This document shows positions 54,658-64,000 of a DNA stretch of 64,000 bases, piece after piece; the stretch's first letter is position 1, and every line of letters starts with the position of its first letter. Location of the stretch: the NCBI GenBank assembly GCA_051294905.1, contig CM119372.1, positions 27,530,001 through 27,594,000 on the forward strand, in the 5' to 3' direction. The position numbers and the translations under genes are program-made. The notes under the pieces are model-generated. The model searched no databases. It was not told the DNA's origin and was given only the letters and a program-made list of their open reading frames with translations. The DNA comes from Botryllus schlosseri (Eukaryota).

Positions 54658-57089
54658 GTATACAGGAATGGAGTGGAATATAGGTTCCGAATTGGCCTAT
54701 CTCTAATGTGAGCTCTGGTTATTGATTGGGTCTGCAACAGATTTTTTCACGGGCCTAATGAAATCGTCTGCATGGTAGACGTTATCCGGTCCGCCGGTTG
54801 TGTGTTTGACATCCACGCTATGCTGTTAGGTCGGTTCAGTTATCTTGTTGTGTGTTGTAACTAGGTCCGAAACAACATTTTTCCAGCCCCCTTCCGCCCA
54901 AAAAAGCACTAATCTTGGGCCCACCATAGAGTAATCGATGCAACTTCTTGCGGGCTTACCATATGCATCGGCTTGTTAAAATTTGTGAATGAATTTTGTC
55001 AATAATATTGGTTCTTCCATGTATTAATCTACTATAAAATACACCAGTAGGTTGCACATTCGGTGGTTTCCAACCTTTTATGATCACGAGCTCATTTCAA
55101 ATATGAAAATGCTACGTAATAGGCTGATTGATAAAAAAGTCAGCTTGCCCAGACTTGCGGCCTATTTTGGAAGCTAATTGCGATTACAATTAGACTCATT
55201 TCAGGATATGGTGGTTATTTTTTATTTATTTTTGATTGCCATTTTTGCGAGGGCGGTGCATGGCTCCCATATTAATATCAATATACGTTGGATTAAATCG
55301 CGACCGGTGCGAAGAAAATTTCCAATGGCATAAATCTGCTCAGCAATAAACCAAATATTGTCTGTGTTTTAAATCAAGAGCAGGAATAGTTGTATCAAAC
55401 TTTTCCAGGAAAGAAGATCTCTCTGTATTTCGACTGAAATCAATGTGTCGTTTTATGCATTTCATATGACTGTCTGTTTGTATTTGACCGGTATTTTGAA
55501 TATGCTCCTGCTGGATTCTATTATAACTAACACGACAATGAAAACATATTGTCAAATTGTGATGTCTTGCAACATACGGTTAATATATCTGCCAGAACGC
55601 AACAATGATTCAGGTAGCGATAGGGCTACTAGTGGTTGTAAGCTGCAGTAGCGAGAGGGTTAATGAACGGCAACAAAATGGTTAATGAGTGTGCGGCTGA
55701 AGTGCAAAAAAAATTTCTTGTGAAGCATCATTTTGACATCGAATGCGCATAATACGCCAGACGATCGCTTCCCATTTTGTTGACTGGTGCAGGACTAAAT
55801 TTAATGTGAGCAAATCTCTACCACATTCTTAGTTGATTTAGAAGTCAAACAAAGCGATAAAACAAAACCCAATACAATTAACTTCCCCATATTGCCAATC
55901 ACAGAGGATAATTCGGAATGTGTATATCGATCTCGAACCGAATGCTACGAGCCTGTAGGCCTTATGCGATCGTTGTTATAACAACCTGGATTTGATCCCG
56001 AAAATAGTACATACAATTATACCGTTAATTAGTCGAGTGGTCTAATAGTGAAGTCCTAACCCGGAAGCGAACTTCGACCACTTACTCATTGTTTTTACTA
56101 CAGTTCTTAAAATAGGGGGCGCCAGACTCAGGCAATTTTTGAATGGGGGCGCTTGAGAATAAATGGTTAAGAACTACGACCGTAAAAATGCCGCATAATG
56201 GTTTAGTCTAGGTTAAAGATATTTATGGTCTGTTTATTACAGTGGTCAGAAGCCTTTTGCGTCGAAGGAGCCATATTTCCCCATATTTTCAATTGCCAAT
56301 GGCAATTCCCTGTGAGGAGACAATTAAGTATTCGTGACGTCGTGGCTGAAAAACATGTCTAAAACAAGGGCCATGCTTTAAACATGTTTGTTTTAAATTG
56401 ATTCAAGTCATAAATGCAATCCGAGATATACCGCTGGTCCATATATATATTAGAATGATGGATTTTCTGCTGGTGCGAAAGACGAATCACACGTAGCTAA
56501 TCTGGACTTAGGCTAGTGACATAAATGTAGGGATCATTCGTTCCTAAAATTTAAAATCAAGGGTGATCATGAATCTTTTGACGAAACAGGTACCGGACAG
56601 CTAATAACATGTTGAACATGCAGAACATATTTGTCCTGTGATTCCAGTAAGTCATATGCTTTGCTTTCCCGAACTGGTACTGTGCCAGTTCAGGATGATC
56701 AATATACCGTTAGGAGAATATCGAGCCATAATTAAACAATTAGGAAAAGCTGTTTCGTTTTTCCCAGGTTTGAACTTTGATTGGACTGAATCAGGCAAGA
56801 ATAACATTTTTACTAATGTATTTGCATTTCAATGATATTACGCGATTTCTAAATACTGTCGCGTATCTCGTGTAACATCACACAGTTTTCGATCACGAGC
56901 AGCATGCACATTCCACATTTTCCAATTTGATGAAGTTCGTCCCCTTATACATACGAATGATCTGTTTAGATCGTTATATGTCAGTAGATATACTTCCTTC
57001 ACAGTTTAAATAGCCTCAAAATCAGTCTTTACTTTATTAACATATAGAATTACGTGATTAATTGTTTATCAGGAGGCATGGTCATAACA

Positions 57090-58168
57090 TAGGGTTAGCA
57101 TATGTTGTGATCCGGAAAAGACAACAATTTTTACAAATCACAAATCATATAAATCGGACGAGAAAACGGGTAATTTGAAAAATTATACTGGAAATTACGT
57201 TGTCTTGGCTAGACATAATGATCATTTCTCTGAATCGAATACCGAAAAACCCGCTCCAACATTAGATTTTGTTCATCCTTGCCGTCGCTGCCGCCAAAAT
57301 ACAGCTTTTTGGCGTCATATATGACATTTTGTAGTTGTGCCTGTACACTAGGGTTCTTCCAAAATGACTTTTTTTCTCAAATCGTACTGGCTACTTGATA
57401 AAAGTGTTAGGTCACGTAATTTAGGCCTACACACCAAATTTGGTTCAATTCCAACCGGTAGCCGCATTGCTACAGGAGAATAAAGTTTCTATTTAATGTA
57501 TAAAAATAAATAACAAAATTTTTTAAAATATTCTGTTCACCCCATGTAAGTGTGAGGTTGTCTATAGAAACGATGTTCACCAAATTTGGTTCAGTTCCAA
57601 CAGGTGGAATCGGAGTTATTGCCGTCGAAAATTTTGGATTTGAATATAATAGCATATACAGAAGGCACCACTATAATAAATAATTCAAGAATTGGCCACC
57701 GTAAATACTATTTTATTGATTTTCCAAATTTTTCGACGGCAATAACTCCGCTTCCACCAGTTGGAATTGATCCAAATTTGGTGAACATCGTTTCTATAGA
57801 CAACCTAACACTTTCATGGGTTGAACATAAAACATTTCAAATTTTTTGGTATTTATTTATAGATTATAAATAGAAACTTAATTATCCTGTAGCAATGCAG
57901 CTACTGGTTGGAATTGAACTAGATTTGGTGTGTAGGCTTAAATTAGGTAAGCTAACAATTTTATCAAGTAGCCAGTACGATTTGAGAAAAATAGTCATTT
58001 TTGAAGAGCCCGACTGTACACTGTACGGTGTACACTCATCTATATGTCAAGAGTATAAAGAAGGACGAGTTGTCAAAAAGGAGGACATTTGGGCGTCTTT
58101 GGAGGACATTTTTGATTTCATGAAAAATGAGGACAAATATTTCTAAAGCAGGAAGTATGGCAACCCTA
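57090..58168. mobile_element. MITE (TAGGGTT...AACCCTA) hosting a palindromic MITE
   Basis: Terminal TAGGGTTAGCATA / TATGGCAACCCTA; flanking direct repeat cataaca(t). Confidence 0.7.
57349..58013. mobile_element. Almost fully palindromic MITE, copy 1
   Basis: ~320-bp inverted arms; 8-bp TSD ctgtacac (57341-57348, 58014-58021); homolog at 60774-61434. Confidence 0.85.
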
Positions 58169-58240
58169 CATAACATTCGAGGAATGCATGCTATGAAGAT
58201 CTATTTATAATTCTTATGGCAATGACATTGCAATACTCAC

Positions 58241-58388
58241 CTCATTTGCTCTCCTCAGAGCATAATACGTGTATGTTTGAGAGTTTAAATAAGGCATGGA
58301 TTTGATGCGATTTGCTTTTTCCTCCATTGGTAAGTTGTCGTTTAGCACGTACGGTATTTCAAATTGTGTGGAGTACTCAATAGGAAGC
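58241..58388 (-). CDS. VWA-domain protein, internal exon
   Basis: atttctag| acceptor and |gtgagt donor; LPIEYSTQFEIPYVLNDNLPMEEKANRIKSMPYLNSQTYTYYALRRANE (MIDAS Thr region). Confidence 0.85.
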
Positions 58389-58452
58389 CTAGAAATGATG
58401 TGGTTATTTTATATTTAAAATATATGCTAATAACTAATGCTATCTAGCTTAC

Positions 58453-58636
58453 CCAAGGTATGCGGGATCTTTGTTAGAATATTGTAAAACCTCCGTCCTG
58501 AGATTGTTTCCCAATTTTCCATGCAGACGATCAGTGACATTGACAAGCCAATCCTTAATAAGTTGGAAATTCGAGATACCGATACTATTAGAGCCGTCCA
58601 CCACAAATATAAGGTCGAGAGGACGAGCTGGAGTAT
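58453..58636 (-). CDS. VWA-domain protein, exon with MIDAS DxSxS
   Basis: catttcag| acceptor and |gtaagc donor; TPARPLDLIFVVDGSNSIGISNFQLIKDWL...EVLQYS. Confidence 0.88.
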
Positions 58637-58843
58637 CTGAAATGGGTCCACGAATGTCAGATATAATATAATATACGGCAGTGTATCTTAATTTTTCAAT
58701 AGCTCGTAACCCGTGAGCTTTCATTAAATTTTCTCGTATTCCCTCATCATGACTGGAACAGCACTTTGTCCGGCTGCCCCCACTCGGTTTCAAAACAGCT
58801 CCAGTTCATCACAACCATTTATAAACTCGATTCATAGACTTAC

Positions 58844-58919
58844 TCTCTCCGTATCGAATAAAGTCGGGGACTATACGAAATTCGTTAAATGCAACACTGA
58901 TCGATTTGATTCCCGAGGC
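58844..58919 (-). CDS. Candidate upstream exon of the VWA gene
   Basis: Strong donor |gtaagt in phase 1, compatible with the next exon; weak acceptor; ASGIKSISVAFNEFRIVPDFIRYGE. Confidence 0.4.
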
Positions 58920-60773
58920 CTACCACAGATTTGTTGCCACGAAAAGTGTGACATATTTAAAGGTAAATGAATGAATTTAAATTTTACTATAATATTATTA
59001 CTTGCATAGGGTTGCCATGTGACTGGAATTTCCCCGACATGTCCGTAATTTCACTAGTAAAATTGCGTCGGGTGGCTAAGATTGGGAAGACTGTGAAGTC
59101 AGGACTATTCCTCGCGCCCATTCATTTGCAACTCTGATAGGGTTACCATATTTTGGAATCGAGAAAGGAGGACACTTTTTGAAAAACTTCAAACACAGAA
59201 TACCAGAGGAAAATCTAAAAATAGTTAATTTTTAATTTTTCACACTTGCGGTCGGTTGACTAAAGAAAATTTCAACATTCTCGCTCAGCGCTCAAAATAA
59301 AGTTTTTCGTTCACATTATCAGTTCGTTGACTAACAATTAAAAACAAAGTCAACTTTCCGGCTCAGCTCCTCGAATTGCCGTCAGAGCGTTACGTCAGTG
59401 CTGATTTACTGTATGTCCGATTGTCCATCGAACTTTGCCCAATGTTTAACCAGAATTACACTGGGCAACAATTTTGAACGAAACATTTGTTGACTTTGAT
59501 TTTGCACCTGATTTAAGCTAATTTTGCCGCTGGTTTTCTTCTATCACGTCAAGTTTTTGCCCTACGATATATGCCCAAAATATGCAAATTTATCACGAAT
59601 TTAGACATATTACTTTTCCATATTTACCTAGGCTCCTCCTCGCCACCTCATCCGTGTCATCGGTGTCTTATAAAAGCCTAGAGATGGGCCGTGCTATAAG
59701 TCGGCAGTTATGGAAAATAAGAATATCGGCCTGGTTTAAATGACCATACACTCTTAGCGAAAAGAGTGGTTATACACACCCAAAAAGGTGGTACACGAAA
59801 ACAGAACTTACGTAACCCTGCCGGTGTGAATGACCAGAATCCACCCCATTCCTTGCGGTGTATATCGGATATCTCACCCTAGCCATTAGAATTGATTGGG
59901 GCGGAATTTCAATATATACAGCTCACTTGAAATCCTGCATCTTCTTCCAAATGGCACGGTATTGCAAATAAACTTTCTTGATTGCATATATTCGATATCA
60001 ATTGAACCATAATAACATAAAATGGAAACATAGTTCGTGAAATAACAAAAACAGAGATCTCAGCGACGGAGAAAAAAATTCACTGAAAATACTGCTCGAA
60101 GAACATTGCCCATGTAGTATTGGGAAGTCGTCTCCTCCAGGTTTCCGAAAAACACTCTTGTACGGCGAAGGCTGAGTCACTATCTTCAGCAAGAAATTGT
60201 GGCATCATCCTGAAATCAAAATGCATATTCACAACCCAAATAACAGGCACATATGCTAACATGCATAACTTAATGAAAGACCACAAAAATAGAAGCCATT
60301 ACAAAGTATATATATTTTCACAAAGTACTTACAAAAAATCAGATGTTACACTTGCTAAGGAATTGCAGCACAGACTGTGGTCCGATAGGGTGAACTTACC
60401 GCTATAGGAAACATGTTCACACACGATCACTGTATGTGTGGGCAATTAGGCATCGACAAGATGGAAATTGATGGATAGTTTTCATGCAAACCGCATGTAA
60501 CAGGCAGACTTGGACAACTAGAAAACGTTCTTTTTTCCAAATTGGATAGGAATTATATTACAACTACAAGTTTTTTTTTCGAATTAGAGTAGAATTAAAA
60601 TTTGAGCTACACAGTTGGAAATTAGATTAAAATTATAATTACCTAACAGTTTTTTTCTTCAAATTAGATTAGAATTAGAATTACTGAAATCGCCAAAAGT
60701 TGAATCAAACTCCGTTATCATCAAATCATAGTTCATCATATGAGCATGAGAATAGCAAATTTCTACTGTGCAG

Positions 60774-61434
60774 TAGGGGTGTTCAAAAATGACTTTTTCT
60801 TTCAAATCTACTGGCTACTTGATAAAATTGTTAGTTTACCTAATTGAAGCCTGCACACCAAATTTGGTTTGATTCCAACCAGTAGCCGCATTGCTACAGG
60901 AGAAGAAAGTTTTTTATTTATTATATGAAAATGAACGAAAAAAGATTTAAAATTTCCTGTTCACCCCATTAAATTGTTAGGTTGTCTATAGCAACAATGC
61001 TCAACCGATTTGGCTCAATTCCAACCAGTGGAAGTTGAGTTATTGCCGTCACAAAATTTTGGATTTGAATAAAATAGTATTTACGGTGAACGATTCTTTA
61101 ATCATTTATGACTGTTGTGCCCACCGTAAATACTATTTTATTCAAATCCAAATTTTTCGAAATCAATAACTCCGCTTCGGCTGGTTTGATTTGAGGCAAA
61201 TTTGGTGGGCATCGTTTCTATAGACAACCTTACAATTTCATGGGTGAACAGAAAATTTTGAATATTTTTACTAATTTTTAAATAATAAATAAAATAACTT
61301 TCTTCTCCTGTAGCAATGCGGCTGCTGGTTGGAATTGAACCAAATTTGGTGTTTAGGCTTCAATTCCGTAATCCAACAATTTTACCAAGTAGCCAGAAGA
61401 ATTTGAGAATAAATATTCATTTTTAACACCCCTA
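60774..61434. mobile_element. Almost fully palindromic MITE, copy 2
   Basis: Ends TAGGGGTGTT / AACACCCCTA; TSD ctgtgcag / ctgtccag (7/8); homologous to 57349-58013. Confidence 0.82.
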
Positions 61435-62326
61435 CTGTCCAGCAAACTTGGCTTGTTTCGCACTATACAGTTCTCCTGTAGCATTTCCAGGAAAACCATA
61501 CATTAGATTAGACTTAAAATTAGACCATAGAAAGATTTCATACATTCGATTAGAATTGGAACTAGAGCATAGATACATTTCACCAATTAGAATAGCTTCA
61601 ATTAGGATAATTAGACAACTAGAATACTAGCAACACCGCCTATATCAGAAATAACTGAATATATTTTTGAAGATTCTTGCTCTTAGTAGTGTCAGATGCC
61701 ATTAGTAATTTTATATTAGTCGCGAAGATTCATATCGCAATTTTCAAAGTAGAAACCTCTGAAAATCTGCGTACCATACTTGACTATTTTTCCAACATTT
61801 CGTATTCTACTTCCACTCGGCGTAGTTTTGACTTGTATTGGGAACTGTTGCATCTACTTGTAATCGAGTATAAATTGAAGTTGGTATTCCTACATCGACT
61901 TGAGTAGCAACGCTGGTAACTTTGACCATCTCTGCTTTGGTTTACCTCATAGATGCGACTACGAAAGTTGACATCAGGTGTCATTACTAGGGCAATTTTT
62001 TTGACATGTCAAAAAAAAGTCAAAATTAGGTCAAAATTGTAGCGTTAGGTCAAAATTTGTCAAAATTGTTTACAAAATTTGTCAAAATTGTGTACTAAGT
62101 CAAACATTTTTTGACCTCTGCATTTCGTTTGTATCGTAGATTTTGCGCTGTCGGTGAACTTATCATTTGATATTTTACAGCTTGTAGCCTACTTTATAGG
62201 CCTACCGTTGTAAACGGACCATCGTCTGCTCATTGTGAATCATAAAGGGTCAAATGAAACAAATAGTGACATGGTTTTATGGTCAACGTACCACAATATC
62301 CTAGCTGAAGCAAGAATACTTGGACA

Positions 62327-62727
62327 TTGCATGGTTTTTATATCAAGAAGCGCAAGCTTAAAAATTGTGATATAGACAACATTGTCAGAATGAAGCAACA
62401 CGGTTTGTCACCAGCAGTGCGCACACAACTTGAGTGTTGTCAGCCAACAAATGCTGCTGTTGAACGTTCTTTCTCCGTTTTTGGCAAGCTACGTAGTAAG
62501 GACAGACACTTCCTACCCGAGAATGTAGGAAAGGATCTTTCGTTGTACTACAACAAATTTTAATTATTTCCACCAGAATACGCCCCCCCTATCGCCCCTT
62601 CCTATTTTCGCCCCCCGTCGCCCCCTTTGTCCATTTTCGCCCCGCTGTCGCCCCCGTCGTCATTTTCGCTCCCCTAGACCGCCAAATCGACCCTTGGGGG
62701 CGATATCGCCCACGTTGGGAACCACTG
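62327..62727 (+). mobile_element. 3' remnant of a hAT element (dimerisation-domain fragment plus right TIR)
   Basis: QPTNAAVERSFSVFGKL..KDRHF motif; TCGCCCCC subterminal repeats; terminal GTTGGGAACCACTG. Confidence 0.75.
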
Positions 62728-64000
62728 CCTTAGCCTATACATGGAAATTTGCAAATTAGCTGAATGATAATGATTACCTTGGAATATAAGCTGTTTGATA
62801 ACGATCCTTTACTGTTTCGCAGCATACGCTTCTACCGTTAAATGTGACGTTGATTTGGTTGAAATTCTATGATATTAGCTTGTATAGCAGCATCCTAAAA
62901 TTGAAAAAATAACCATGAGGCATACGGTAAACGTTTAGTTGACAATTTGGATTGGATTCGAAAGGCCCACGACATCCGAAATGTGTACTGATGTTGTAGC
63001 CTTGACTTGCTTATGCTTGTAAATAAGCGAGTTAAAGTACAATTTTGTGACTATCCTACGCATAGTATATTACTCACCAACAACATATTTGATTTCACAT
63101 TCACAGAGTAAGAGTCTGCTACTAATAGCAATCAGTCCTTGAATCTAACAAAAAGCAGATTTGTGCATATGCACAGATCGTGTGTATGTCATATCATGAG
63201 TCAAGAAGTGCATATATTATGATTTGTTTATATTAATCGAAAGGATAGTTGGATAAACTTTGGCAAGGCTATGTTTGCCTCTTCATATTGGTCAAAACAT
63301 TGAAGACCCAGCTAATCCGTGCATTGTTGCACAAGGAGTTGACCGCAGTAGTGCGCATTGCTACTCAAGCAATAGATGTCAATTTCTCATATAGAAGTGG
63401 CTATGTCAAATCCATGTCAAGCTGCTTCAAATTAAAATAAATATATGAACAGAACTCAGAGAAGTAGTTTCAAAAGAACTAGTCTGGTTGATGGGTCACA
63501 TACTCTTAATAGATAGTCTGAGTTGGCCACTGCAAAATATGTTCAATGAGGTAAGCCTGTTCCTAGTCAAGTCTCTCATATTCATAGTGATAGCAATATA
63601 GCATCGTCATATTTTCACCCATGTCATAATATAATTAACATTTACTGGCCCCAATTTACGGGGATCGAAAGATTTTATCAAATGTCCATTGCTCACCTCA
63701 GATACCATTGCTTCATATGCTTCAGCCCTTTGCTGTTTGTATGTTACACTTGTTTTCTCATGAGGAGAAATCGATAATTTCATTCTTCAAGAGCCCCAAA
63801 TTTGCGATCTTTGCCCATGCAAGTCTGAAGTAGAATAGATACCCGTAATATGTTTACCTTCCTACCATAACATAACATAATATATAATGTGTATATAGCT
63901 CAGTGATAATGACAGGGTGATTGGCCTATAAACATAGCTCTGCATAGTCAGTGCTAGGCTACCCTTTACACTTAAAGAGGTCGTGATGTGCTTTGGTAAT

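Noticed and set aside
53280..56180. One large MITE from CAGTGGTTCTTAACC to GGTTAAGAACTAC
   Set aside because: The ends look compatible, but there is no matching TSD, so the pairing is unsupported.
59620..63830. Additional upstream exons of the VWA gene
   Set aside because: Splice-like signals exist, but I could not assemble a stop-free, phase-consistent chain.

Overview
Eukaryotic (animal, invertebrate-like, AT-rich) DNA dominated by transposable elements; no prokaryotic operons, rRNA or CRISPR arrays. A minus-strand host gene encoding a VWA (MIDAS) domain is reconstructed from four phase-compatible exons (58636-58453, 58388-58241, 49092-48995, 9899-9677). Its last intron is ~39 kb and mostly TE-derived. 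The most notable feature lies in that intron: an ~18-kb element (12839-30788) with Polinton/Maverick-type ends ((AGT)3...(ACT)3 and a 6-bp TSD GACAGT). It is almost wholly a palindrome, with two ~6.6-kb near-identical arms around an 888-bp spacer, and I recognise no Polinton genes in it. It sits inside a non-autonomous hAT-type element and carries a second copy of that same family in one arm. Also present: a frameshifted SPIN/Buster-like hAT, a full-length I/Nimb-type LINE interrupted by a hAT derivative, a THAP-remnant palindromic element, a foldback element with telomere-like repeats, and many hAT-type MITEs with 8-bp TSDs. All calls were made by eye from sequence and the ORF track; no database searches were run.
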